A stretch of DNA of 64,000 bases from Candidatus Marinacidobacterales bacterium (lineage in GTDB: Bacteria > Acidobacteriota > Vicinamibacteria > Marinacidobacterales > DATDRI01): assembly GCA_965226495.1 (NCBI GenBank), contig OZ245365.1:5312001-5376000 (forward strand), read 5' to 3'. Positions within the stretch are counted from its first letter, which is position 1, and each line of letters begins with the position of its first letter. The translations under genes and the position numbers were made by a program. Shown piece after piece: positions 47,151-58,189 of the stretch. The notes beneath the pieces were generated by a model that was given only the letters and a program-made list of their open reading frames with translations, made no database searches and had not been told where the DNA came from.

Positions 47151-47238
47151 GAGTTCGTCTATGGCGAAGGCGCCGACAAACTGAACGGTTTCGGGGGTAT
47201 CGGCGCCGCGCTCTACTACTCTGGAAGTTAGAGCGAGC

Positions 47239-48519
47239 ATGATCTCAACCCTGATCGAGCTACGCGGTCCGCTCGAAGCCTGGATCCGCACGCGCTTGTG
47301 GGCGCAGGTTGTTGCGGGTCTCGCGCTCGGCATTCTCGCCGGTTATTTCCTCGGGCCGGACTTGAATTGGGTCGAGCGCGACACTTCGGAGTCGGTGGCA
47401 CGCTGGCTTGCGCTCCCAGGGAACGTTTTTCTCGGCCTGATCTCCATGGTGCTCATCCCGCTCGTGATCGGCTCGATCGTCCAGGGTCTAACGGGATCTC
47501 AAAGCGCCTCCGAGCTCAAGACTGTCGGCGGGCGATTCTTGCTTTACGTCCTTTTGACGACGACTTTCGCGGCAACACTTGGCATCGTGCTCGCGAACCG
47601 AATCGAACCGGGCGGCATGATTCAAGTAGACACCTCGGCAAAAGAAGCGCCGCCTCCGCCCCCGGCCGGCGATGTGAACGTCCCGGAAGCCCTGGTGAGC
47701 ATGCTTCCCACCAATCCGCTCGTCGCCTTCGCAGAACTGGACATGCTAGCCATCGTGCTCTTCGCGGTCATCTTCGGTCTGGCCTGTCGTGCTTCCGACC
47801 AACGTCGTGTTGACGTGCTCCTGTCTTGGATCAGCGGAATGGTCGAAGTCTCGATGCGCGTTGTCAAGTGGGCGATGTTTATGACGCCTTGGGCTGTGTT
47901 CGGGCTCATGGCTCAGCTCATTGCCAATGTCGGAATCGGGACGGTCCTCGGCATGACCGCTTACGTTTTGACGGTACTCGCCGGCCTTCTTGTGCTTCTC
48001 GGCTTATATCTCCTCCTGGTCGCTGTTCTCGGAAAGCGAAATCCCCTGCGATTCTTCTCCGACATACGCGATCCCGTCATCCTCGCTTTCTCCACCTCGA
48101 GCTCGACGGCCGTCATGCCGCTTTCAATCGACACCGCGGTCAAGAAGCTCGCCGTTCCCGAGAGCACCGCGAGCCTCGTTATCCCTCTCGGGGCGACCAT
48201 CAATATGGCAGGTACCGCACTCTACCAGTCAGTCGCCATCACCCTTCTTGCCCAGGTCGCGGGAGTGGAGCTTTCGGTTCCGCAGCAGATCATGATGGTG
48301 GTGACGCTGGTCGCTTCTTCGATTGGCGCTCCGGGGACACCGGGTGTCGGCATCGTGATCTTGGGTAACATCGCGGGCGATTTCGGCATCCCTCTGACCG
48401 CCCTTCCGCTCGTATTGGGCGTCGACCGCGTGCTCGACATGGCCCGCACCGCCGTCAACCTCACCGGTGATCTGACGGCCTGCGTCCTGTTGGGTGGGAG
48501 CAGAGCCCGCAGGAGTTGA
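47239..48519 (+). CDS. Dicarboxylate/amino acid:cation symporter (DAACS)
   Basis: AFSTSSS, PLGATINMAGTA and DRVLDMARTAVN motifs. Confidence 0.93.
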   Translation: MISTLIELRGPLEAWIRTRLWAQVVAGLALGILAGYFLGPDLNWVERDTSESVARWLALPGNVFLGLISMVLIPLVIGSIVQGLTGSQSASELKTVGGRFLLYVLLTTTFAATLGIVLANRIEPGGMIQVDTSAKEAPPPPPAGDVNVPEALVSMLPTNPLVAFAELDMLAIVLFAVIFGLACRASDQRRVDVLLSWISGMVEVSMRVVKWAMFMTPWAVFGLMAQLIANVGIGTVLGMTAYVLTVLAGLLVLLGLYLLLVAVLGKRNPLRFFSDIRDPVILAFSTSSSTAVMPLSIDTAVKKLAVPESTASLVIPLGATINMAGTALYQSVAITLLAQVAGVELSVPQQIMMVVTLVASSIGAPGTPGVGIVILGNIAGDFGIPLTALPLVLGVDRVLDMARTAVNLTGDLTACVLLGGSRARRS

Positions 48520-48560
48520 AACGCGACATCCGTCTGACCGATCGTGATACTTCTGTGACT

Positions 48561-49982
48561 ATGAGAGTAAGTGATTTGAAGCTGCTCCTGACCTTAGCCG
48601 CCGTCTTTTGCGCGGCGAACGCTTGGACTCAGCCCGAAGGCGTCTGCCCGTGCGGGAACTTGCCCCGTGAGCCCGGCGTGCTTTGGACCGGTTCGGAGCC
48701 CATCGGCGTGAACGAGATCGCCCGGCTCGCCGCACCCATTCTTTGGTTCACCCGCGATGAGCCCTTACTCGACGAGGAGGGGGTTGTCCCACAAGCACAC
48801 CCTTGTGATGACCCGTCGGACCACCCGATCGTCTACTACCAGGTCACGGAGATCGCCAACCGCGGCGATTCTGTCACTTTGCCACCAGAAGACGACCCCG
48901 ATTTTTTCGAAAAGGTCGACTCCATGATCCTGAAGTTCTTTTTCTACTACCCGCAGGATTTTGGACTGGGTGGACACGTCCACGACCTGGAAGCCACCGA
49001 GTTCGAGATGGTCTTAGAGGAAGACTCCGGCTGCTACCGAGTGCGGGTCCGAAGAGTGAAGGCACTCGCCCACGGTAATAACTGGTACTCGAACATTCTG
49101 ACAATCGAGCGCGACACAATGTTCCCCCTCACGCTCTTCGTCGAGGAAGGAAAACATGCCAGCGCTCCGGATCGAAACGCCGACGGGCAGTTCACGCGCG
49201 GCTACGATGTGAACGAGCGAATCAACGATGCCTGGGGCGTGCGGGATGTGATGGGCTCCGGAGTTCTTCTCACATCCGCGTACAACGGCGAGATGACTAA
49301 GCCGAGAAGCTACGAGTACCGACTCTTCCCCCCGGAGGCGCCTTTGAGTTGCGTGGTCGATCGGCGGAACTCTCGCCTAATCAGTGACGCTTCTCTCGGC
49401 AGTTACCGGCTACGGCCGGGCGACCGCGTTTCCAAATGTGAGCTCGCGGAGGCTCAAGACCACCTCGAGTCGATGATGCGGTTCCATGGGTACGGGGCGG
49501 ACGAAGAACCTAAACAGTATAGTGGGTTAACCAAAGGCCTAAAGGATGTGGGCCGGCCGGATCGTTGGCTATCGATCAGCTTACGAGTCACAGACAATAT
49601 TGGCGGCGCGCTTGTCTTCCGTGGCATCGACCTCACTCAGGGGTGGATCCTCCCCAAATTCAACATCAGCGATGTCGACACCAGCCTCGGTGTCATGTTC
49701 ACACCCTCCGCCTCGCGATTCGCCGATTACTACATCGCCGGTGGTCCCCATTGGCGCTACAAAGACACAAGCGTGAAGCGGACCCTCGACACGGAGCAGG
49801 GCCGTCGGGAGATCGAGATCATCATTCCTGCAGAATGGAACCTCTACACCGAGGTCGGGGTGAAACTGAGGGCTCGAATCAAAGGCACCTTCATCGGGGC
49901 TCGCCTTGGGGTCCAAGCCTTGGGGTTCGGAAGCCTCGACGATATCCGGCTCATCTTCGAGGTTGGAGCCGGGGCCTGGTGA
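48561..49982 (+). CDS. Exported hypothetical protein, possible C-terminal beta-barrel
   Basis: Signal peptide; amphipathic C-terminal strands ending GAGAW. Confidence 0.65.
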   Translation: MRVSDLKLLLTLAAVFCAANAWTQPEGVCPCGNLPREPGVLWTGSEPIGVNEIARLAAPILWFTRDEPLLDEEGVVPQAHPCDDPSDHPIVYYQVTEIANRGDSVTLPPEDDPDFFEKVDSMILKFFFYYPQDFGLGGHVHDLEATEFEMVLEEDSGCYRVRVRRVKALAHGNNWYSNILTIERDTMFPLTLFVEEGKHASAPDRNADGQFTRGYDVNERINDAWGVRDVMGSGVLLTSAYNGEMTKPRSYEYRLFPPEAPLSCVVDRRNSRLISDASLGSYRLRPGDRVSKCELAEAQDHLESMMRFHGYGADEEPKQYSGLTKGLKDVGRPDRWLSISLRVTDNIGGALVFRGIDLTQGWILPKFNISDVDTSLGVMFTPSASRFADYYIAGGPHWRYKDTSVKRTLDTEQGRREIEIIIPAEWNLYTEVGVKLRARIKGTFIGARLGVQALGFGSLDDIRLIFEVGAGAW

Positions 49983-49990
49983 GGGTGGGA

Positions 49991-50300
49991 TTAGAAACGC
50001 AGGATCAGACCCACGCCTAGCTCGAATTGGTTGAGCGTGCTCTGACAGAAACCGAACGGATCACAAAAATCTCCTGATGACTCATCATCCAATCGGGTGG
50101 GATTGTACTTCCCTTGAATTTTGATCCCGATCCACTGGTCGAAATAGACCTTCACGCCGCCACCGAGTCCCCAGGAGAATTTCGTCTCGCTCTCCAGGCT
50201 ATCGGAGCGAAAAAACGTCGCGCCCGCACCCGCCAGCACGTAGGGGCGGACTTCTGCGCATCGGCGCCGCATTGATAGATAAGGCTACCGTGAATTTGAA
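49991..50300 (-). pseudogene. Outer-membrane beta-barrel protein C-terminal relic
   Basis: RPYVLAGAG, FSWGLGGGVK and terminal LILRF; N-terminus missing. Confidence 0.65.
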
Positions 50301-50311
50301 GCGCTAACGGG

Positions 50312-50917
50312 TCAAGGCGACCAACCGTGAACACCTAACCCTTCCAAGACCAGCTGAACGGAAAGCGCCGCCAGTATCATCCCCATGACCCGGACCAAGA
50401 TGGAGGCTCCGTTCTTCCCAATCACTTTCACGATGGGGCCGGCTAGCAACATGAGCACGTAGGCAACAGCGAGGATGGCGGCGAGGACTAGGGCCGTTCC
50501 CAGCTGAATCGAAACGGTGTGGATGTCGTTGTCGGTGAGGATGATGACCGCCAGGATCGACCCCGGGTTTGCAATCGACGGAACCGCCAGCGGAAAGACC
50601 GCGATGTCATGACCTGGCTCTGGGGCAAAGGTAGAGTCGCTTCCGAAAATCATCTGAAGCCCGAAAATGAAGAGGATAATGCCACCCGCAACTTGAAGCG
50701 ATAGCAGATCGAGTTCCATTCCCGCCAAGACGAGCTGGCCGATCACGAGAGAAACGAAGAGGATGACAGCAGAATAGAGTATGGCCCGCGCGGCGGTCCG
50801 ACGACGCTTGTCGGGGGAGAGACCCACCGTCAATGCGGCGAAAATCAACATGGTTGTAATGGGGTCGATGGTCGCCCACAGCATGAGCGCGTCACGAATA
50901 AGTTTCTCGACAAGCAC
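50312..50917 (-). CDS. MarC family membrane protein
   Basis: IDPI, AGGIILF, AVFPLAVPSIANPG and RVMGMILAALSVQ motifs. Confidence 0.9.
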   Translation of the reverse strand: MLVEKLIRDALMLWATIDPITTMLIFAALTVGLSPDKRRRTAARAILYSAVILFVSLVIGQLVLAGMELDLLSLQVAGGIILFIFGLQMIFGSDSTFAPEPGHDIAVFPLAVPSIANPGSILAVIILTDNDIHTVSIQLGTALVLAAILAVAYVLMLLAGPIVKVIGKNGASILVRVMGMILAALSVQLVLEGLGVHGWSP

Positions 50918-50926
50918 GCGGCGCGC

Positions 50927-51415
50927 CTACTTTCGCTCTTGATAAACCAGACCCCGGCTCAAAAAAGAAATGCCCTGTGTGCCCGCGGTCGCAAGCATGA
51001 CCGCCTCGACCACCGGTTCATAAACCTCCTCGCTCGCTTCCCATCGAACGATGAAGTTCGCACCGGAGCCCCCTCTCGTATCGCGGTCGCCGATGAAGTA
51101 GTCAGCAGGCGCCATGGGCGTGAGTGACCGAGGCTCACTCACGTAGCTTTCTACGAGGGACCCGTCCGAGTCGTAGTAGCTCACGTCAACCAACGAGATG
51201 GCGTGCTCGGGATCTGTATTCCGTATGCTTAGGGAGATCGCGAGTGGAAGATGCTTCGTCTCGGTCCAATACACGTGTGAGTACACCGGCACATAAACTG
51301 TCTGACCGTCGGTGATCTCGATGTCGTCCGGAGGAGAGTGCTGCGCTTCGGGCTCGCTGAGGTCTTCCGCCCACTTGGGCGGCGGGGCCTGACAAGCCGC
51401 GAGCGAGCTATCCCG
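50927..51415 (-). pseudogene. DUF3124 lipoprotein lacking its start/signal peptide
   Basis: GQTVYVPVYSH, LSIRNTD and GGSGANFIV motifs; in-frame lipobox LAAC is preceded by a TAG four codons upstream. Confidence 0.7.
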
Positions 51416-51473
51416 CTACATCCGGACCGGGATTTGCAGTATGATGAGGAAGCCCCCCCGGGAGAAAAGCACG

Positions 51474-52676
51474 ATGTCCCGCCAGCTCTTCACAATTGCG
51501 GCACTATTGATCGCTAGCCTCGTCGCGAGTCCTCTGGTTTGGGCAAGCGAGAAAGAGTCGAACCTGGTCCAGGCCCATGCGGCCCCTCCCGAGGCGAGTC
51601 TCCTCGATGTCGGAATCCTGGTTTTTGATACGGGGCTTCCCGACAACGCCAAAGACCTCCGCAAGCTGGAAGCAATGGGGATCTTCGAGGAGGTCAGAAG
51701 GTCGGAGGCCATCTATATCCCCGTCCACCTGAAGCGAACGCTGCAGAAAGCGGGTTTTTGGGGCACGGTGCGGCTCGTACCGAGCGCCAGTAACCTGGAC
51801 GTTACCGTGTCGGGCTCTATCTCGTCGTCGAGCAGCGGCGAGCTGCAGCTCAAGATTCTTGCCGTGGACTCGCGTGGCGAAGTCTGGCTCGACAAACGAT
51901 ACAAGGGGAAGGTGGACGCCAGCGTCTATCTCCGAAAAGAAAACACCGACGAGCCTTTTCAACAGCTCTACAACCAGATCGCGAACGACTTACTGAAGAA
52001 ACGCAAGAAATTCGATGAGGAAACCGTTCAAGCGATCCATACGACTTCACAGCTCCGGTTCGCATCGGATCTGGCGCCAGTCGCATTTTCGGACTATCTC
52101 GAGACGAACAAGAAGAATCGCCACTCAGTGGTACGACTGCCCGCCCGGGACGATCCGATGATGGCTCGCGTCGAGCTGCTTCGCCAACGCGATCGCATGT
52201 TCATCGACGTGGTGGATTCTTACTACGCCGATTTCTACGGGCAGATGCAGGAGCCCTATAGCGGCTGGCGATCCCAGAGTTACTGGGAGGTTCAAGCGCT
52301 AAAGAACTCGGCGACGGGCTCGTCGAGCGGGTCGACCGGTATCCTTTCGACCCGTGACGTCCTGCCATGGGAGGGAGCGGGCGCCGTCTGCGGCACCCCT
52401 GGGGTCTTCGGCGAGTTTGAACCGAGGAGACGGTCTGAGCAAGCGCAGAGAAAAGCGGAAGCAAAGAAGAAATCACACATCGAAGAACTGAGGGAGCTCG
52501 GAGCGTCGCTGGCCTCCGACATGTCGCCACGACTCGTCGAGGTGGAAGGAAAAGTCCTCGAGCTGACTGGCTCGGTGGAGACCCAATACGCGAGCTGGCG
52601 CGAGCTCTTACGGAAGATCTTCGCTGCCGAGAGTGAACTGCCCGTCCTCTCGAACGTCGAAACGACCGATTCCTAA
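51474..52676 (+). CDS. Exported hypothetical protein
   Basis: Long ORF with signal peptide; LLDVGILVFD and QYASWRELLRKIFAAE. Confidence 0.75.
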   Translation: MSRQLFTIAALLIASLVASPLVWASEKESNLVQAHAAPPEASLLDVGILVFDTGLPDNAKDLRKLEAMGIFEEVRRSEAIYIPVHLKRTLQKAGFWGTVRLVPSASNLDVTVSGSISSSSSGELQLKILAVDSRGEVWLDKRYKGKVDASVYLRKENTDEPFQQLYNQIANDLLKKRKKFDEETVQAIHTTSQLRFASDLAPVAFSDYLETNKKNRHSVVRLPARDDPMMARVELLRQRDRMFIDVVDSYYADFYGQMQEPYSGWRSQSYWEVQALKNSATGSSSGSTGILSTRDVLPWEGAGAVCGTPGVFGEFEPRRRSEQAQRKAEAKKKSHIEELRELGASLASDMSPRLVEVEGKVLELTGSVETQYASWRELLRKIFAAESELPVLSNVETTDS

Positions 52677-52754
52677 CTCAACTTCCTGTTCTGGAAGATC
52701 GGCCCTACCCGAGCTATAGTGTGGTCGCGAAAGAAATGGGTAGAGGAGGTTCTC

Positions 52755-53321
52755 ATGAAGGCTGACGCGCTCGTACGATTATCGTTCTCGGGTTTTCTGC
52801 TGGTTGGGGCGGTATCGGGCTTTAGCACGGTGGCCTCCGCCGAAGAGATCTATACAGCGTTGTTGGTGGAGTCACGCGGGCTGCGCGAGGACAAAACGGC
52901 CCAACTCACGCTGACCATCGAGCAATTTAGCACTGAAGAGGACACCGCTCGGCTCCAGCAAATCTTCGACGAGAAAGGCTCCGATGGGCTCATCGAGGCG
53001 CTACACCAGATGGACCGAGGCGTTGCACAGATCAAGGGTGGACCGACGACTCGCGTCAATCACGTGCGCGTGCACGAGGGAGAAACCGGCAACCAGGTCA
53101 TCATCGTCACCGACCGGCCGCTCTACTTTCCGGGCGATCGGCCCGATATGCAGTCCATAGGCGCACTCGGTATCGTCCAGCTCCAGACCAACAAGCGGGG
53201 AATGGGACGCGGTATGATCGCTGCGATCATCCACGTTGGCGTCAAAAAAGATGGGTCGCTGGAGATTCAGACTCACAACACTGCGACCATCTCACTCGAG
53301 GATGTCCAGCGGCTGAAGTAA
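52755..53321 (+). CDS. Exported hypothetical protein
   Basis: GAGGAGG RBS; signal peptide ending ASA. Confidence 0.7.
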   Translation: MKADALVRLSFSGFLLVGAVSGFSTVASAEEIYTALLVESRGLREDKTAQLTLTIEQFSTEEDTARLQQIFDEKGSDGLIEALHQMDRGVAQIKGGPTTRVNHVRVHEGETGNQVIIVTDRPLYFPGDRPDMQSIGALGIVQLQTNKRGMGRGMIAAIIHVGVKKDGSLEIQTHNTATISLEDVQRLK

Positions 53322-53464
53322 AACCTGCACCCGAAGTCTCAATTCCATCGCCCGTAGTCACCCCTACCTTGCCTTTCCCTCGGGTTCGGGTTAAGAACCA
53401 GCTGATGCGTACGGGAGTTGTGAAGTGACCAAGAAAGCGAACCGAGCGCGGTAGGAGAATAGAC

Positions 53465-54988
53465 ATGTCGAAATCGTCATCTTTCGGAATCACACTCATT
53501 TTGTCGTGGGGAATGTTAGCTTGCGGGCAAGCCCAAGACGCCCCGACGGGCGAATCGAGCGAACAGACCTTGGCCACCACGGAGAGCGCTACTTCTGCGC
53601 CGGCCGACGAAGAACAGCTCCTCCGCCGAGCTAGCGCGTCCTACAAAGATCTCGGTCTCGATCGCGTCGAGATGGGTGACCTCGATGAAATGATCGCGCG
53701 ACGGGTAATCCGCGCTCTCGTCACGTACAGCGAGACTTTTTACTTCCTCGACGGCCCGAACCAGAGAGGCGTGTCCTACGAGTCCTTCAAGATGTTCGAG
53801 GACGAGCTCAACAAAGAGCTCGACACCGGGAACTTGAAGGTCTACGTAGTGCTGGTCCCAGTGTCGAGAGATCAGCTTCTGCCCGCCTTGGCCGAGGGTC
53901 TGGGAGACATCGCCGCCGCCGGCTTGACGATCACACCCGAGCGGCAACGGCAAGTCGATTTTTCGGATCCTTTCATGACAGATGTCAATGAAATCGTCGT
54001 GACCGGTCCCAGCGCCCCTCCGCTGGAGTCCCTCGACGATCTCGCGGGCCAGCAGATCTATGTCCGGCAATCGAGCAGCTACTATGACAGCCTGCAAGGG
54101 CTCAATCGCACGTTCGAGGACGCGGGCAAGCCACTCATGATCCTCAAGGCGGCCGAAGAGTACCTAGAGGACGAAGACCTATTGGAAATGGTGGATGCCA
54201 GCCTCATTCCGATCATCGTGGTCGACGAGTACAAAGCCGAGTTCTGGGATCAGATCTTCGAGAACATTACCCTTCACCCCACCCTTGCGGTGCGTGACCG
54301 TGGCGCCATCGCATGGGCGTTTCGCAAGAATAGCCCCCAGCTTGCCGAGGTCGTGAATCGCTTTGTCGCCCGAAACAAGAAGGGGACGTTGATGGGTAAT
54401 ATTCTCTTGAAGCGTTACCTCAAAGACACGAAATATGTAACCAACGCGCTCGCCGGCGAAGACCGAGTGCGATTCGACAAAACGGTGGACCTCTTCGAGA
54501 AACACTCCGACCAATACGGTTTCGACTACCTGATGATGGTGGCGCAGGGCTATCAAGAATCGCGGCTGGACCAGAGCCTCGTCAGCCATCGAGGCGCGGT
54601 TGGCATTATGCAGTTACTGCCGAGTACGGCGGCTGACAAATCGGTGGGGATTCCAGACATTCATAACGCCGACAACAACGTCCAGGCGGGAATCAAGTAT
54701 ATGCGCTGGATTCGCGAAACCTACTTCAACGACGATGCGATCGATGAGAGAAACAAGACACTGCTCTCATTTGCGTCTTACAACGCAGGCCCCAACCGTA
54801 TCCGACGGATTCGGGCGAAGGCTTCCGAGCGGGGGCTCGATCCCAACGAATGGTTCCGAAACGTTGAAGTCGTCGCCGCCGAGGAGATAGGACGCGAGAC
54901 GGTTCAGTACGTGAGCAACATTTATAAGTATTACGCTGCATACCGGCTTGTCATGGATGAGCTCGACCGGAAACAGCGTAAGACGTGA
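53465..54988 (+). CDS. MltF-like lytic transglycosylase (SBP domain + SLT domain) lipoprotein
   Basis: Lipobox LAC; LTITPER, YQES, GIMQL, SYNAG and ETVQYV motifs. Confidence 0.9.
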   Translation: MSKSSSFGITLILSWGMLACGQAQDAPTGESSEQTLATTESATSAPADEEQLLRRASASYKDLGLDRVEMGDLDEMIARRVIRALVTYSETFYFLDGPNQRGVSYESFKMFEDELNKELDTGNLKVYVVLVPVSRDQLLPALAEGLGDIAAAGLTITPERQRQVDFSDPFMTDVNEIVVTGPSAPPLESLDDLAGQQIYVRQSSSYYDSLQGLNRTFEDAGKPLMILKAAEEYLEDEDLLEMVDASLIPIIVVDEYKAEFWDQIFENITLHPTLAVRDRGAIAWAFRKNSPQLAEVVNRFVARNKKGTLMGNILLKRYLKDTKYVTNALAGEDRVRFDKTVDLFEKHSDQYGFDYLMMVAQGYQESRLDQSLVSHRGAVGIMQLLPSTAADKSVGIPDIHNADNNVQAGIKYMRWIRETYFNDDAIDERNKTLLSFASYNAGPNRIRRIRAKASERGLDPNEWFRNVEVVAAEEIGRETVQYVSNIYKYYAAYRLVMDELDRKQRKT

Positions 54989-54998
54989 GACGTTCGAC

Positions 54999-55370
54999 TT
55001 ACTCCGACCGTATGGACTTGGCGTCGCCGAGTAAATCTAGCGTTCGCGCGTACCGAACGACGCGATCGAGTTGCGTGAGCTCACCCCGAAGCGCTTGGCG
55101 ACCGGTATCTGTAAGCGCGAAGTATCGCCGCCGCAATTTCTCCCTGCCCGACGTCGCCTTCCGCCGCGATCCCATGACTAGACCTTCTCTTTCCAGACGC
55201 TGGATGGCGACATAAAGAGTACCCGAGCCGAGGCGGATGCGACCGTCGGTGCGCCGCTCGACGTCGAGCTTGATGCCATAGCCGTGCCTGGCCTCCTCGG
55301 CCAAAGCCAGCAAGATGTGGAACTCGACAGGTGTGAGTTTCCCACCAGACGGCGCAGATATATCGACCAT
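54999..55370 (-). CDS. PadR family transcriptional regulator
   Basis: HGYGI, GSGTLY..IQRL and RRYFALT motifs; start chosen from promoter spacing. Confidence 0.88.
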   Translation of the reverse strand: MVDISAPSGGKLTPVEFHILLALAEEARHGYGIKLDVERRTDGRIRLGSGTLYVAIQRLEREGLVMGSRRKATSGREKLRRRYFALTDTGRQALRGELTQLDRVVRYARTLDLLGDAKSIRSE

Positions 55371-55454
55371 CGACATAACGATAGTCGACACTAGGTCGGA
55401 TTGTCAAATGAAGGACTCGGCAAACGCGCTATTATCCTTCCGGGAGAAGCTAAC

Positions 55455-57266
55455 TTGGAGACATTCGCGGATATCCGCAATCTAGCCATCATCGCCCATG
55501 TGGACCATGGGAAGACCACCCTGGTGGACGCCATGCTGCATCAAAGTGGCGTCTTTCGGGCCAATCAAGAAATCCAGGAACGGGTCCTCGACTCCAACGA
55601 ACTCGAGCGGGAGCGCGGCATCACCATTCTGGCCAAGAACACGGCCGTCTCCTTTCACGGCACGAAGATCAATATCGTCGACACACCCGGACACGCCGAC
55701 TTTGGGGGAGAGGTAGAGAGGGCCCTCAGTATGGTCGACGGAGCGATGCTTCTCGTCGACGCCAGCGAGGGCCCGCTGCCGCAGACTCGCTACGTCTTAG
55801 GAAAGGCGCTGACCGCCAAGCTGCCTCTGATCCTGGTGGTGAACAAGATCGATCGACAAGACGCCCGTATCCAGGAAGTCGTGAACGAGGTATTCGATTT
55901 GTTCATAGACCTCGATGCCAACGAAGCCCAGCTGGAGTTCCCGATCCTCTATACGAATGCCCGCGCCGGTTTGGCTCGCACCGAACCCGACGAAAAGGAC
56001 TCCGACCTTGGTCCGCTCTTCGAGGCGATTCTCGAGCACTTGCCGGCGCCCTCGGGTGATGCCACATCACCACTACAGCTCATGGTCTCGAACCTCGATT
56101 ACAGCGACTACCTCGGGCGGCTGGCCATTGGCCGCATCACGCAGGGGACGCTGCGGGTCGGAGACGATGTGACCATCGCGAAGGGAGAGGATGTTTACAA
56201 ACCGACGAGGATCGTAAAGATGTTCCAGTTCACCGGACTCGAACGCGTTCCGTGCGAGGAGGCGCGTTTCGGAGACATCATCTGCCTTGCTGGCGTCGAG
56301 GGCATTGCGATCGGTGATACCGTCACTGAGCTGGAACGCCCGCTACCGCTGCCGCGCCTGAGAATCGATGAGCCCACGTTGTCGATGGTCTTCTCCATCA
56401 ACTCGTCGCCGTTCGTAGGTCGGGAAGGCGAGTCGGTGACCTCGCGAAAGCTAGGGGAACGACTCGATAGGGAGCTTCTCTCGAACGTGTCGCTTCAAGT
56501 CGAAGAGACCGACGTACCGGACTCCTTCAAGGTCTTCGGTCGCGGTGAGCTTCAACTCGCCATATTGGTGGAGACGATGCGCCGAGAAGGTTTCGAGCTT
56601 TCGCTCTCCAATCCCGAGGTCATCACAAAGGAAGTCGGCGGTGTCAAGAAAGAACCCTTCGAGATCTTGCTGGTCGACGTGGCCGAGGCCTTCCAGGGAG
56701 TGGTCGTCGAAAAGCTGGGAATTCGAAAGGGAGTGCTCACCCACATGGTGAACCACGGCTCGGGACGCGTTCGGTTGGAATTTCGCGTGCCCTCCCGAGG
56801 GCTCATCGGGATCCGGAGCGAGCTTCTTGCCGATACGCGAGGCACCGCGGTCATGAACACGCTCTTCGACGCGTACGACGATTGGCAGGGGAATCTGCCG
56901 ACGCGACTAACGGGTGCTTTGGTCGCGGACCGAAGGGGAAAGGCCACTGCTTACGCACTTCACAATCTCGAAGATCGCGGTGAGCTATTCATTGGTCCGG
57001 GTATCGAGGTCTATGAAGGTATGGTGGTGGGTGAGAATGCTCGGCCGGCAGACCTGGACGTCAACATTACGAAAGAGAAGAAGCTCACCAACATACGGCA
57101 GTCCACGTCCGACATTGCGGTCCGTCTCACCCCCCACCGACAGCTCAACCTCGAGCAAGCCATCGAGTTCATCCAGACCGATGAGCTCGTGGAAGCGACA
57201 CCGCGCTCTGTTCGATTAAGGAAAAAAATCCTCGCCGCCAACCAGCGACCCAAGCGCCGACCCTAA
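55455..57266 (+). CDS. typA: Translational GTPase TypA/BipA
   Basis: [33 protein letters not shown] and GRGELQL motifs. Confidence 0.97.
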   Translation: METFADIRNLAIIAHVDHGKTTLVDAMLHQSGVFRANQEIQERVLDSNELERERGITILAKNTAVSFHGTKINIVDTPGHADFGGEVERALSMVDGAMLLVDASEGPLPQTRYVLGKALTAKLPLILVVNKIDRQDARIQEVVNEVFDLFIDLDANEAQLEFPILYTNARAGLARTEPDEKDSDLGPLFEAILEHLPAPSGDATSPLQLMVSNLDYSDYLGRLAIGRITQGTLRVGDDVTIAKGEDVYKPTRIVKMFQFTGLERVPCEEARFGDIICLAGVEGIAIGDTVTELERPLPLPRLRIDEPTLSMVFSINSSPFVGREGESVTSRKLGERLDRELLSNVSLQVEETDVPDSFKVFGRGELQLAILVETMRREGFELSLSNPEVITKEVGGVKKEPFEILLVDVAEAFQGVVVEKLGIRKGVLTHMVNHGSGRVRLEFRVPSRGLIGIRSELLADTRGTAVMNTLFDAYDDWQGNLPTRLTGALVADRRGKATAYALHNLEDRGELFIGPGIEVYEGMVVGENARPADLDVNITKEKKLTNIRQSTSDIAVRLTPHRQLNLEQAIEFIQTDELVEATPRSVRLRKKILAANQRPKRRP

Positions 57267-57277
57267 AGAGGACTGGT

Positions 57278-57607
57278 TTACTTCGCCGGTAGGGATTTGG
57301 CGTAGTCCACTCCCTGGGCGACCCAGCGACGGAGCGCGGCCTCGGTCCGGTAACCGGCGGGACCGATGTACACCATGCTTTTGAGAGCCTTGCCCGTGAA
57401 ATCCATTTCGCGAGCGTAGGGCTTATCGAGTGCCTTGCTTACTCCGTCTTTCCCTAACCGCAACACAAGGTCCTTCTTGATCACGCCACAGCACATATTT
57501 CCATTGTGCAGAAAAGCGAGACCTCCGAACATCTTCTTCTCGGTAATACCCTGTCGTCTCTTGAGAACCGACCGGATGCGGTCGGCGAGCTTGTCATCGT
57601 AGGCCAT
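57278..57607 (-). CDS. TfoX/Sxy N-terminal domain protein
   Basis: MAYDDKLADRIR, EKKMFGG and SLPAK motifs. Confidence 0.88.
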   Translation of the reverse strand: MAYDDKLADRIRSVLKRRQGITEKKMFGGLAFLHNGNMCCGVIKKDLVLRLGKDGVSKALDKPYAREMDFTGKALKSMVYIGPAGYRTEAALRRWVAQGVDYAKSLPAK

Positions 57608-57639
57608 GATCGGCTCCCTGAGTGGATGCAATCGGAAGT

Positions 57640-57719
57640 GACGGGTGCCAAACAACCGCGAGCGGAAAAGTCATTAGTAAATAGGCTAGTGCTCCCAGTA
57701 GAAATGTCTTCCTTTTCAT
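57640..57719 (-). pseudogene. Truncated membrane protein N-terminus
   Basis: ATGA-coupled start; MKRKTFLLGALAYLLMTFPLAVVWH then abrupt loss of coding character. Confidence 0.4.
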
Positions 57720-58189
57720 TGAATGACTCGCTCCGATTCTGGTCCGTTCAGTAACTTCGCAAGACGGTCGAAGGTACCCTGCCAACCGAGGTCGTGGCGG
57801 GCTCGCGTCTCCTCGTTGGGGAAGCGGTCGTGAGTGACGACAACCTCGGTCTCATCGTCGTGCTCGATGAACTCCACCGTGACCAGGGTCTCTATCCCCG
57901 CGTGCGGATCGGGCTCCGCCCACGTCCAGGTAAAGATGAGCCTCGCGGGAGAAGAGACCTCCTCGAACGTTCCGAGAACATAATCCACGCTCCCATCGGG
58001 AAGATGAAAACCGAAGCGGTAGGCTCCGCCCGCCCGTAGATCCAATTCGATCACATCGGTGGCAATCTCTTCGCTCGGAGAAAACCAGCGCGCCAGCTCC
58101 GTCGGGTCGGTGAAGGCCCGAAAGATTCTTTCCCTCGACACGCCATAACGACGTTTGGCAACTACCTTCACTGTCGAGCCTTCGGTCAT
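57716..58189 (-). CDS. SRPBCC/AHSA1 domain protein
   Basis: RIFRAFTDP..LARWF, RLIFTW and GWQGTFDRL motifs. Confidence 0.88.
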   Translation of the reverse strand: MTEGSTVKVVAKRRYGVSRERIFRAFTDPTELARWFSPSEEIATDVIELDLRAGGAYRFGFHLPDGSVDYVLGTFEEVSSPARLIFTWTWAEPDPHAGIETLVTVEFIEHDDETEVVVTHDRFPNEETRARHDLGWQGTFDRLAKLLNGPESERVIQ

